Below, piece by piece: positions 13,715-26,701 of a stretch of 64,000 bases of DNA. The notes under the pieces are model-generated. The model was given only the letters and a program-made list of their open reading frames with translations. It did no database searches and had not been told where the DNA came from. Both the position numbers and the translations under genes were made by a program. The DNA comes from the human T2T-CHM13v2.0 reference genome, Homo sapiens. The stretch lies in assembly GCF_009914755.1 (NCBI RefSeq), contig NC_060931.1. The stretch is one strand, 5' to 3'. Position 1 is the stretch's first letter, and every line of letters begins with the position of its first letter.

Positions 13715-14330
13715 CTTGATTGTGTCGATGGGAGATGATTTTCAAGGTGAAATTTCTAGTTCACTAGAGTCACTTTCGTTCAAGGCGACGCACAAAATGT
13801 CATCCCGGCCTGTTCCGCGTGCAACGCGCTGTTCTCCCATCCCATTTAAATTTTCCCCACTTCCCTCCCTGACACCTGTTTAAATCAATATCTTCCTCTC
13901 CAGGTCGCGGGGAGAATGTGCCCAGCTCTCCACACAACGCTTCTCAAATCCACTAAAATCAACACAATAATTGAAATATTTTCAAGCTGATTACACCGCA
14001 GCCCGAGGCTAGCCTGGTTGCTAAGGGTGAGCTCCGCGGTTGCTAGGGGGAGTAAATCATCTTGCATTATTTGATTTTTGTTATAGATATGAAACCGCTA
14101 CTCCCGCGATTAAATGTCTCTCAGCCTAACACCTATGGGACCTGGGGAGAGGGAAGAGAAAGGCTCCAACCTTGACCCTGTCAAATAAATATCTCTAACT
14201 TTTTCTGTCCTCAGGCTTCCCAGCCAAACCTGTCTGTGGGTTTTTTTTTTTTCTTCCCTTAACCTGACTTTAAATAACAAAGCTATGGGGACGGGAGATG
14301 AAGAGAGGAAAGACTGTCTGTTCTATTAGA
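13715..14330. promoter_or_regulatory. AT-rich island, candidate enhancer
   Basis: TGACACCT 13870-13877, AAATCAATA 13882-13890, GTTGCTA x2 (14017, 14039), GTAAATCA 14052-14059, TAATTG; retained CpGs. Confidence 0.55.
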
Positions 14331-16168
14331 GGGTGCTCAGCGCGTGCACGCCCCGACACCTAGCCCAAACCCCGTGCGATGGCGAAGCTTCGCGGAGCTA
14401 ATAGCCTTCTCGGCGACGGCCACCCCGGAGCCGGTCCCCTCCTGCCGCAAGTTCAGCTCAGACCAGGACGATTCCTTCCGTCCGGGCTCCTGCCCGACCG
14501 AGGGAGGGCTGCCGGGTACCTGGCTCCCCAGTGACCCCTGCCCACTCCTGACCTCTTGCTGTCTTGGCGAATTTTCTCCAGACCATGGCGTCCTGGGGTC
14601 ACCACGTTCCAGGATGGTGGGACCAGAAGGGACAGCAGGGTGGAGCCCCAGAGAAGGTCAGGCCTGCCCCAGTCCAGCCCCTGGACCGGCTCACAGCGCT
14701 TTCTGCTGAGGGCAGGGGTCTGCATGGCAGACACTGGAGGTGTCCTCACGCCCCCAGTCTCCAGCTCTCTCAGAGGCAGGGTCCATCCTGAACACCCCTC
14801 ATGTGGTCAGGCGCCCCCTTCCCCGGCCTCTGCCGGCCCCCACGCTCCCCAGGCCGGCCCCCTCGGAAGAGCATGGGTGTTCCCGGCCGGCCGAGGCTGC
14901 CCCAGCTGAGCTGTGAGCACTGTGGAGCAGAGCCGGCTGTTTGCGGCAGGTGGGCGGGTGAGGCTACCCTGCTGGGACCCAGCCAGCTGTTCCCATGAAT
15001 GAATCTGAGTAAATTAGCAAACAGCACACAAACCTGCCACCTGAATCATTCCTGATGGCTCTAAGTGCCAGGCAGGCTGGGCGGCTCCCAGTCTGGGGCG
15101 ACCTGGGCACGGTCCTGGGGGCTGCACGTGCTGGCCCCTTCCCCAGGGCTCCCCTGGTCCTGCCCCAGCGGCCCCTCATCCCTCAGCCTGTCCTCAGGGG
15201 GCCAGAGTTGACCTTCCTGTCACTGGGCCGCGTCCCTGGGTTAAGACCTTCTTCCCTCTCCCCCAACCCGCCAGGGCAGTGCCAAACTGCGGGACTCAGC
15301 CCCAAGCCCCACTACTGCCGCCATGGTGTCCCCACCCCAGGACAACCAGGGCCCTGCCTCACTGCCCTCTGAACAGCCTCATCCTGCGGGGCTAGTTCTG
15401 GTCCCTTCTTTTGCTGAAGTCCCCGCCGCCCACTCCAGTGGCATCCGGGCTGCCTGGCCTCCTCTGACGGGTACCACCCAGGTCACAGTGCCTGCTCAGG
15501 TGCTCAGCATGCTACAGTTTGCCCTCAGCACCCCTGGGAAGGCCGTCAGTGCAGGCCCTGTCACCTTTTCCCAGGTGAGGTGGAGGCTGGGTAACAGGTG
15601 ACTACCCCGGTCCAGAGCTTGAGACCGGAGAGGAGCCCGTCCCCTCCTTGCTGGGGCGTCCAGGGCCACAGCAGAAAGTCCCGGGTGAGAGCGTGCTGGC
15701 TCCTGGCTTCCAGCCTCACTCGGTGGCCAGGTACCCCTTCCCCAGGTGCTGCCAGCCCCAGCCCTCCCAGGCATCCTGCAGCCCTGGCTCCTGCCAGTAT
15801 TCCCCAATGGATGCATTCTTAAAGCCATCCTGTCCAGGAACCCAGGATCCCTTTTCCCCACCTCAGCATGGGCATAGCAGGAGCTGGTGGGCTGTGCACT
15901 CAGGGCAGGAGATGGACACGGAGGCCCCTGGAAGCAGGTGGACCCCCTTCCTGACAACCCTCTCGGGGCCCACAATTCATCTTCTCAGCTGTCCTTAGAG
16001 AACCAAGCACATGAGCTGCCCCCAAGTTCACACATGAGGAAACTGAGGTTCAGCCACTTGCCCAAGGCTGAGGGCAGGGCAAGTGCTTGCCCAGGAACGG
16101 CCACGCTGAGGGCAGGCTGCCATGGTGGGGGTGCCCCCAGAGCTGTCCCGGAGCTGCGAGCTTCATCA

Positions 16169-16618
<450 letters not shown>

Positions 16619-16997
16619 TTAGGAGCAAGCCTAGAATGTTCTGGAAGGATTGAAGCCAGCCTTGTCTGAGGCCCTGGGAAAGTGGCCTGGACATGGGGAT
16701 GTGGCTGGAGGACCCGAGGAAGATGCTGAAGTCCTGTGTGAGGCCCGGTCTGGGAGCCACGGCCCCTCCCCCACTCAGCCTCCGGCCTGCTGGGGTTTCC
16801 TGCCGGGCCTCCCTCAGAGCCCACGGCTCCCCAGGTGGCTCTGGCCCGGGAGCCACAGGCACAACCTAGGCAGGGGAAGCCGCATGCACAATGTTGGCTC
16901 TTCCCTTTGCACGCTGGACGGTGGGCGTTTGCCTTGCGCCTTGGGCTCAGGAGGGGCTGGGGGGTCAGGAGGGGCCATGAAGGGGACCTGGCCTTGG

Positions 16998-19900
16998 CTG
17001 TCCACCTCCCACAGACACTGCCCACCTCCCACAGACACTGTCCACCTCCCACAGACACTGTCCACCTCCCACAGACACTGTCCACCTCCCACAGACACTG
17101 CCCACCTCCCACAGACACTGCCCACCTCCCACAGACACTGTCCACCTCCCACAGACACTGCCCACCTCCCACAGACACTGTCCACCTCCCACAGACACTG
17201 TCCACCTCCCACAGACACTGCCCACCTCCCACAGACACTGCCCACCTCCCACAGACACTGTCCACCTCCCACAGACACTGTCCACCTCCCACAGACACTG
17301 CCCACCTCCCACAGACACTGTCCACCTCCCACAGACACTGCCCACCTCCCACAGACACTGTCCACCTCCCACAGACACTGTCCACCTCCCACAGACACTG
17401 CCCACCTCCCACAGACACTGTCCACCTCCCACAGACACTGTCCACCTCCCACAGACACTGTCCACCTCCCACAGACACTGCCCACCTCCCACAGACACTG
17501 TCCACCTCCCACAGACACTGTCCACCTCCCACAGACACTGTCCACCTCCCACAGACACTGCCCACCTCCCACAGACACTGCCCACCTCCCACAGACACTG
17601 TCCACCTCCCACAGACACTGCCCACCTCCCACAGACACTGCCCACCTCCCACAGACACTATCCACCTCCCACAGACACTGCCCACCTCCCACAGACACTG
17701 CCCACCTCCCACAGACACTGTCCACCTCCCACAGACACTGTCCACCTCCCACAGACACTGCCCACCTCCCACAGACACTGCCCACCTCCCACAGACACGG
17801 CCCACCTCCCACAGACACTGTCCACCTCCCACAGACACTGTCCACCTCCCACAGACACTGCCCACCTCCCACAGACACTATCCACCTCCCACAGACACTG
17901 CCCACCTCCCACAGACACTATCCACCTCCCACAGACACTGCCCACCTCCCACAGACACTGCCCACCTCCCACAGACACTGTCCACCTCCCACAGACACGG
18001 CCCACCTCCCACAGACACTGCCCACCTCCCACAGACACTGTCCACCTCCCACAGACACTATCCACCTCCCACAGACACTGCCCACCTCCCACAGACACTG
18101 TCCACCTCCCACAGACACTGCCCACCTCCCACAGACACTGTCCACCTCCCACAGACACTGCCCACCTCCCACAGACACGGCCCACCTCCCACAGACACTG
18201 TCCACCTCCCACAGACACTGCCCACCTCCCACAGACACTATCCACCTCCCACAGACACTGTCCACCTCCCACAGACACTGCCCACCTCCCACAGACACTG
18301 TCCACCTCCCACAGACACTGTCCACCTCCCACAGACACTGCCCACCTCCCACAGACACTATCCACCTCCCACAGACACTGCCCACCTCCCACAGACACTG
18401 CCCACCTCCCACAGACACTGCCCACCTCCCACAGACACTGTCCACCTCCCACAGACACTGCCCACCTCCCACAGACACTATCCACCTCCCACAGACACTA
18501 TCCACCTCCCACAGACACTGCCCACCTCCCACAGACACTATCCACCTCCCACAGACACTGCCCACCTCCCACAGACACTGTCCACCTCCCACAGACACTG
18601 TCCACCTCCCACAGACACTGCCCACCTCCCACAGACACTGCCCGCCTCCCACAGACACTGCCCACCTCCCACAGACACTATCCACCTCCCACAGACACTG
18701 CCCACCTCCCACAGACACTGTCCACCTCCCACAGACACTGTCCACCTCCCACAGACACTGTCCACCTCCCACAGACACTGCCCACCTCCCACAGACACTG
18801 TCCACCTCCCACAGACACTATCCACCTCCCACAGACACTGCCCACCTCCCACAGACACTATCCACCTCCCACAGACACTGCCCACCTCCCACAGACACTG
18901 CCCACCTCCCACAGACACTGCCCACCTCCCACAGACACTGTCCACCTCCCACAGACACTGCCCACCTCCCACAGACACTGCCCACCTCCCACAGACACTG
19001 CCCACCTCCCACAGACACTGTCCACCTCCCACAGACACTGTCCACCTCCCACAGACACTGCCCACCTCCCACAGACACTGTCCACCTCCCACAGACACTG
19101 CCCGCCTCCCACAGACACTGCCCACCTCCCACAGACACTATCCACCTCCCACAGACACTGCCCACCTCCCACAGACACTGTCCACCTCCCACAGACACTG
19201 CCCACCTCCCACAGACACTGTCCACCTCCCACAGACACTGCCCACCTCCCACAGACACTATCCACCTCCCACAGACACTATCCACCTCCCACAGACACTG
19301 CCCACCTCCCACAGACACTATCCACCTCCCACAGACACTGCCCACCTCCCACAGACACTGTCCACCTCCCACAGACACTGTCCACCTCCCACAGACACTG
19401 CCCACCTCCCACAGACACTGCCCGCCTCCCACAGACACTGCCCACCTCCCACAGACACTATCCACCTCCCACAGACACTGCCCACCTCCCACAGACACTG
19501 CCCACCTCCCACAGACACTGCCCACCTCCCACAGACACTGTCCACCTCCCACAGACACTGCCCACCTCCCACAGACACTGCCCACCTCCCACAGACACTG
19601 CCCACCTCCCACAGACACTGCCCACCTCCCACAGACACGGCCCACCTCCCACAGACACTATCCACCTCCCACAGACACTGTCCACCTCCCACAGACACTA
19701 TCCACCTCCCACAGACACTGCCCACCTCCCACAGACACTGCCCACCTCCCACAGACACTATCCACCTCCCACAGACACTATCCACCTCCCACAGACACTG
19801 CCCACCTCCCACAGACACTGTCCACCTCCCACAGACACTGTCCACCTCCCACAGACACTGCCCACCTCCCACAGACACTGCCCGCCTCCCACAGACACTG

Positions 19901-21219
19901 CCCACCTCCCACAGACACTATCCACCTCCCACAGACACTGCCCACCTCCCACAGACGCTGTCCACCTCCCACAGACACTATCCACCTCCCACAGACACTG
20001 TCCACCTCCCACAGACACTGTCCACCTCCCACAGACACTATCCACCTCCCACAGACGCTGTCCACCTCCCACAGACACTATCCACCTCCCACAGACACTG
20101 TCCACCTCCCACAGACACTATCCACCTCCCACAGACACTGTCCACCTCCCACAGACACTATCCACCTCCCACAGACACTGCCCACCTCCCACAGACACTG
20201 CCCACCTCCCACAGACACTGTCCACCTCCCACAGACGCTGTCCACCTCCCACAGACACTGTCCACCTCCCACAGACACTATCCACCTCCCACAGACACTG
20301 CCCACCTCCCACAGACACTGCCCACCTCCCACAGACACTGTCCACCTCCCACAGACACTGCCCACCTCCCACAGACACTGCCCACCTCCCACAGACACTA
20401 TCCACCTCCCACAGACACTGTCCACCTCCCACAGACACTGCCCACCTCCCACAGACACTGTCCACCTCCCACAGACACTGTCCACCTCCCACAGACACTG
20501 TCCACCTCCCACAGACACTGTCCACCTCCCACAGACACTGCCCACCTCCCACAGACACTGCCCACCTCCCACAGACACTGCCCACCTCCCACAGACACTG
20601 CCCACCTCCCACAGACACTGCCCACCTCCCACAGACACTGCCCACCTCCCACAGACACTGTCCACCTCCCACAGACACTGCCCACCTCCCACAGACACTA
20701 TCCACCTCCCACAGACACTGCCCACCTCCCACAGACACTGTCCACCTCCCACAGACACTGCCCACCTCCCACAGACACTGTCCACCTCCCACAGACACTA
20801 TCCACCTCCCACAGACACTGCCCACCTCCCACAGACACTGTCCACCTCCCACAGACACTGCCCACCTCCCACAGACACTATCCACCTCCCACAGACACTG
20901 CCCACCTCCCACAGACACTGTCCACCTCCCACAGACACTATCCACCTCCCACAGACACTGCCCACCTCCCACAGACACTGTCCACCTCCCACAGACACTG
21001 TCCACCTCCCACAGACACTGTCTACCTCCCACAGACACTGCCTACCTCCCACAGACACTGTCCACCTCCCACAGACACTGCCTACCTCCCACAGACACTG
21101 CCTACCTCCCACAGACACTGCCTACCTCCCACAGTGTCTGTGGGAGGTACAGACACTGCCTACCTCCCACAGACACTGTCTACCTCCCACAGACACTGTC
21201 TACCTCCCACAGACACTGC
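16998..21219 (+). repeat. 4.2-kb VNTR, 20-bp unit (C/T)CCACCTCCCACAGACACT(G/A), ~210 copies
   Basis: 206 units in exact 20-bp register from 17001 to 21120, then ~4 more units around an inverted insert. Confidence 0.99.
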
Positions 21220-21231
21220 CGGCCGGATGGG

Positions 21232-21605
21232 CGGTGTGGGGACGGTGTGCCGGTGTGGGGACGGGGTGCAGGTGTGGGGACGGGGTGCAGGTGTGGGGAC
21301 GGGGTGCAGGTGTGGGGACGGCGTGCAGGTGTGGGGACGGGGTGCAGGTGTGGGGACGGCGTGCCGGTGTGGGGATCAGGTGCAGGTGTGGGGACAGGGC
21401 GAGGGTGTCGAATGGGGTGGGGACGGGGTGCAGGTGTGGGGATGAGGTGCAGGTGTGGGGACAGGGCGAGGGTGTGGAATGGGGTGGGGACGGGGTGCAG
21501 GTGTGGGGATCAGGTGCAGGTGTGGGGACAGGGCGAGGGTGTGGAATGGGGTGGGGACGGGGTGCAGGTGCAGGATGGGGTGCGAGTGTGGGATGGGGTG
21601 CGGGT
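21232..21605 (+). repeat. G-rich minisatellite, 19-bp unit GGGGTGCAGGTGTGGGGAC, grading into a ~66-bp higher-order unit
   Basis: Tandem repetition; gggacagggcgagggtgt(c/g)gaatggggtggggac occurs three times. Confidence 0.92.
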
Positions 21606-22859
21606 ATAGGGCTGGGCTTCAGGAGCTGCCCTGGACTCTGCCGCCCCAAAGTCCTCCAGCCTGGCACCCTGGAACCACGCCCCCCACCCACCTCAGTTTC
21701 CTCTTTCGTACGGGAGGAGAAGCCCCTGGGGTGCCCGCAGGCCTGAAGTGGTGGGGGTATGTGAGCCCCGCTGGAGGACAGCTAGGAGGTGCTTTGGGTG
21801 GTACACAGCAGACGCTCACTGAATGGTGCTGGCCATCCCTTCTGGGCCATCCCTGCAGTCCTGAGGTGTGGACCGGGCATCCGTTGCCCCAGCAGGGCAT
21901 CTGCTCGAGGCCATGGCCCAGGCCACTACCCTGCTTGGGGGGCACCCCCATCCTTCAGGGTCCACTCCGTGCCCACCTCTGGAAACGTTGGGGACAGGTT
22001 CTGTCCCCTGCACTGCGGGCAGCGTCCCCAGCATGGCCCCGCCCACAGCCAGGCACCCTGGGCCGGGTGAGTCCCCGTCAGATGCACCCGGAAGCGCGGC
22101 AGCCCAGCCTGGGCCTTAGACGCCGCTCTGTGGTGTGTGTGTGGGGGGGCCTGCTCCTGACTGGCCTGTGGGGAGGGGTCCTGGTTTCAGCCCACCCGGC
22201 CATGGAGGCAGCTGCAGTTGACCGGGCCACTCTGGACGGCCTGGCGGGTGGGACTGAGTCCAGGCTCAGTGTCCTGAGGGAAGGGGCTGAAGCACCGCGT
22301 GCTTGGACCCCTGGACACAGGGAGGGCTTTTTCTGTCCGGGGCTGCATGTGTGTGTTGGAAGCAGCTGAAGGTGTTGGGACCCGGCTGGGGAGAGGCCCC
22401 AGGGCTGACCTGCATGGGTCCTGGAGCCGGGGGAACGAGGAGCTCTGGCTGGGGGCAACCAGGGAGTTGTCACCCAGGTGTGCCGGGCAGGTCGGGGTGC
22501 TGGGGTGGGTGTCTCCCCATATTGTGCCAGGGCTTGGGGCATGGCCTCTGGGCTCTGACAGCTGGGGAGGGCTTCAGGGAAACCTGCCCCTCTAGCCCCG
22601 GCAGATGCCTGCCCGTTGGCCCCGAGTCCCCGCCCGCCTCCCCCACCGTGGGGCGGCTTGGAGCCTATGGGGTTTGGCTGCAGGATCCCTTCCTTAGTAG
22701 GGGCTCCTCCCGGCAGGGGGACCCGCACCCCAACCACAGACACTGTTTACCAGAACCCCCCCTCCCACGGACACCCCTGCTCCTGCCCCTGGACATTCTC
22801 CTCCTGGCACTTTGAGGGCTTCATCCGTCAGGGGAACCGTTCCCCACGAGCTGGGGATG

Positions 22860-23720
22860 GCCCCGGAGCCTGTCCTGTTTTCCCGGCGGCCACCTCCTAC
22901 CCCGCCCGGCTGCGGGGACCCTCTGCGGCCATTCAGCAAAGCCATCTGCCGCCAGCGCCGCGAGTCCCCGGGCAGGAGCGTGGTGACAAGCTCGAGATAT
23001 GTCAGTGCGGTTATCGGCAGAAGGCAACATCTGCCTACCCTGACATCAACAATGGTAGGCCATTTAGGCTGCGGCCCCCTCCCCGGAGCTGCAGACAACA
23101 GCTCCCTGTATTATATTTTCTCACTCAATTAGCACCACCGCCCCGCTGAAATAGAGGCCAATTTACCTATAATGACATCATTGTTAGGGAAGTGGCAGCG
23201 GGCTGGGCTGTCACCAGGTTGTGGAGACAGGTCCGTCTCTCTCCACTAACCCTGACGGGAAGGGCCGGGAGCCCGGGGTGGGAAGGGAAGGGGTGCCTCG
23301 CGGCCTATCGGCGGCCACCCCGTCACCTCCGACCACAGACATTGTTTCCGACAGTTCTCAGGAGCAGTGTGGCGGAAAATTGAGTCCAGATTCATTAGGT
23401 TTTTCAGTGTGCCGCTCAAGTCAGTTAAATTGATACATTTCCTAACGAAATTGAAGTGCTTTGTGCTGCCAGTGGAAAGCCGGGTGACCCGCCTCGGCCC
23501 GCTGAGCAGCCGAACGCGCTGACGGATCCATTAGGCCGCTCCCGGCCCCGGCCCCCTCTCCCTCCATTCCTGGCCGGCGCTGTAAATCTCCGCCAATTTC
23601 GGTCCTAATCATCATTATAAACCCTTCCTCTGCCCGCTCCCGCGCCTCACCTCGCTGGCAAAACAGCCCCTGGCATGATCATCGCACCGGCCTGCGGGGT
23701 CAGCAGCCCCACTGGCTCGC
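22860..23720. promoter_or_regulatory. CpG-island-like region with embedded AT-rich motif blocks; candidate enhancer
   Basis: High CpG density outside repeats; AACAATGG 23048-23055, CATTGTT 23179-23185, CAATTA, CATTAG, TAATCA. Confidence 0.6.
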
Positions 23721-23889
23721 CAGGGCCTGGGCCTGGGCCTGGGGGGCCGGGACCCCAGGTGGAGGAGCACAGCGAGGGGCCCCTGGGCTGCAGGAGGGGC
23801 CGGCTCATGTGGTATCAGCCGGGCTCCAGAGCGGAATGTGCGCCCATTCGACAGATGGGGAAACTGAGGGCAGGTCTTGGTTTCCAACT

Positions 23890-24430
23890 GGACGTTTTTG
23901 TTTTTTAAAGGAGGTACATACAGAAAGTCCATACATGTCAAGGGCTCACTGAGATTAGTGTGCAGGCTCAAACACGCTGAGGGAGAAACCGGAGAAACCC
24001 CAGATGGAGAAACAGAACATTCCAGCCCCCTAGAAGGCCCCCTTTGCTCCCCAGTTCTGTGCCCCCAGCAGGGTGATGGCTCTTCTGATTTCATCACCAG
24101 GCGTGAGCGGGCCCCTTAGTGGAGTCACACGTCTTGTTCTCCTTGGCATCTGGAGCCTTTTGCTGCATGGATGCCTGTGAGATTCACCCGTGCTGTTGCC
24201 TGGATCTGTGGCGAGCACCTTTTCAGTGCTGCGTAGTATTCCACCCTGTGCCTTCATCGCCATGGACTCGCCTGTCCTCCTTTTGCTTCCAGGTGGGGCT
24301 CTCATGAGCGAGTCCACTGTGCATGCCTCTCATGAGTGTGGTCCAGCCATGAGCGCTCATTTCTTGATTCTTCTCTTGGCCACCCTCACCCTGTCCCCAT
24401 CCATTGTTTAAAGTGCCATCAAGTGAGTTT
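23890..24430 (-). mobile_element. Ancient L1M 3' UTR fragment
   Basis: gagattcacccgtgctgttgc...tgctgcgtagtattccac resembles antisense L1ME/MC. Confidence 0.55.
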
Positions 24431-24448
24431 TACAAATGTCAGGGTGAG

Positions 24449-24836
24449 TCCTCCCTCCCTCCCTCCCTCTTCCCTCCCTTCTCCCTCCCTCCCTCTCTCC
24501 CTCCCTTCTCCCTCCTCCCTACCTCCCTTCTCCCTCCTCCCTACCTCCCTTCTCCCTCCTCCCTACCTCCCTTCTCCCTCCTCCCTACCTCCCTTCTCCC
24601 TCCTCCCTCCCTCCCTTCTCCCTCCTCCCTACCTCCCTTCTCCCTCCTCCCTACCTCCCTTCTCCCTCCTCCCTACCTCCCTTCTCCCTCTTCCCTCCCT
24701 CCTTTCTTCCTCTTCCCTCCCTCCCTCCCTCCCTCCTTCCTTCCTTCTCCCTCCTCCCTCTCCCTCCTTCCCTCTCTTCTCCCTCCTTCCCCCTCCTTTC
24801 CTCCTCTTCCCTCCTCACTCCCTCCCTCCCCCCCCC
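24449..24836 (+). repeat. Polypyrimidine tract with a 22-bp unit CTCCCTTCTCCCTCCTCCCTAC
   Basis: Almost purely C/T for ~390 bp. Confidence 0.95.
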
Positions 24837-24919
24837 AGTAGGAAGGTGGCCGGGCAGTAACCCCGGGCCCACATGAAGAGGGCGTCCAACTGAGGCCAGG
24901 AGATCAACTGCATTATGGA

Positions 24920-25530
24920 GACTGAGTGGACTGCCGAGAATGGGCCCAGATTTCTCACTGTTGAAAAAGCTGATAGGATACAGATGGGGAAGCTGGAATG
25001 AGCTCTGCGGTGTTGTTGAATTGACACTGCTGCTGTCCTACACAGGGATGAGGAAATCGGCATAGATGCAGGAGTGTGTGCACCGTGCACACGCTGTATC
25101 ATCCTACCTGGAACCCTGGAAATGCAGCACCTCAGGGGTGGTGAGCACACCTGGTGCCCAGACCTTGGCTTCTAACTGCCATTCTCTGCCAAGAGGAGCA
25201 GCGGCTCAGCTGATTTCCAGTGGGGAAAGCTGAGCCTGGAACGTCTGGTCCAGAAAGTAGAAGAGCGAAGTGAACGGAGGGCACTGGTCCCAGGTCACAA
25301 GAGCCAGCCCCAGGGCCCCATGGCCACATTCGGGACAATTTGCACATCCAGATAAATACAAGATCCTGGCCCACAGAATAAAACAGTGGCCACAAGTCCA
25401 CAGTGACACACACAAAAGATCCCTAAACATGGGGATAGGAGGGAAAGGTGGGCTTTGAACAGCATTTGTCAGCCATCAGAGGGATAGCTGATTGTGGCAG
25501 GAGTCAAAAGTGGATATTAAAACCGATGGG
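24920..25530 (+). mobile_element. L1MC/L1MD-like 3' UTR fragment
   Basis: gatttctcactgttg..., ggcttctaactgccattctc..., ccagaaagtagaag. Confidence 0.55.
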
Positions 25531-25533
25531 TGG

Positions 25534-26277
<744 letters not shown>

Positions 26278-26309
26278 CTACAAATCGATAAATAAAAACA
26301 AAAAGTTAT

Positions 26310-26650
26310 AGAAGATATTATGCTCCACGAAAGAAGCCAGACACCAAAGGCCACACAGGGTAAGTATTCTATGCACAGAAAACCTGCCGAACTGGCAAGT
26401 CCCCAGAGGACAATGGCGGAGACAGACCAATGGCAGAGACCGATGGCGGAGACAGATGGCGGAGACCAATGGCAGAGTGGTGGTTGGCAGGGCTGATGGG
26501 TAAGGGGTCTCCTCCTGGGGATGAGGATGTTTTGGAACCAGACAGTGGTGGTGGTTGCATGCCGTTTCTAAGGGACGAACCGCTACTGAATTGCTGAATT
26601 TAAAATGGTGAATTGTATGTGATGTGGATGTCACCACAATCACAATCAAA
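26310..26650 (+). mobile_element. L1MB-like 3' end with a short internal ATGGCGGAGAC tandem (26411-26476)
   Basis: gaaagaagccagacaccaaaggccaca...gttttggaac...aaaatggtgaatt. Confidence 0.7.
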
Positions 26651-26701
26651 AGCGACAGGACGGGGAGAATACAGACCTGACCCTGAGTTAAACCGTTCAG
26701 G

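Noticed and set aside
17001-21219. CRISPR-like regular repeat array
   Set aside because: Head-to-tail units with no unique spacers, no cas genes, and a primate genomic context
16650-21746. 1698-aa and 1536-aa ORFs with mucin-like (SHRHCPPPTDTAHLPQTLPT)n repeats, plus many - strand ORFs
   Set aside because: The 20-bp unit has no stop codon in any + frame, so all frames give the same peptide. The listed starts are non-ATG codons and there is no promoter, signal peptide or exon structure. Only Ribo-seq or proteomic evidence would revive it.
24449-24836. PRDM9 13-mer hotspot motif in the C-rich repeats
   Set aside because: CCTCCCT cores occur, but the repeat units I checked here and in the 20-bp VNTR do not satisfy CCNCCNTNNCCNC
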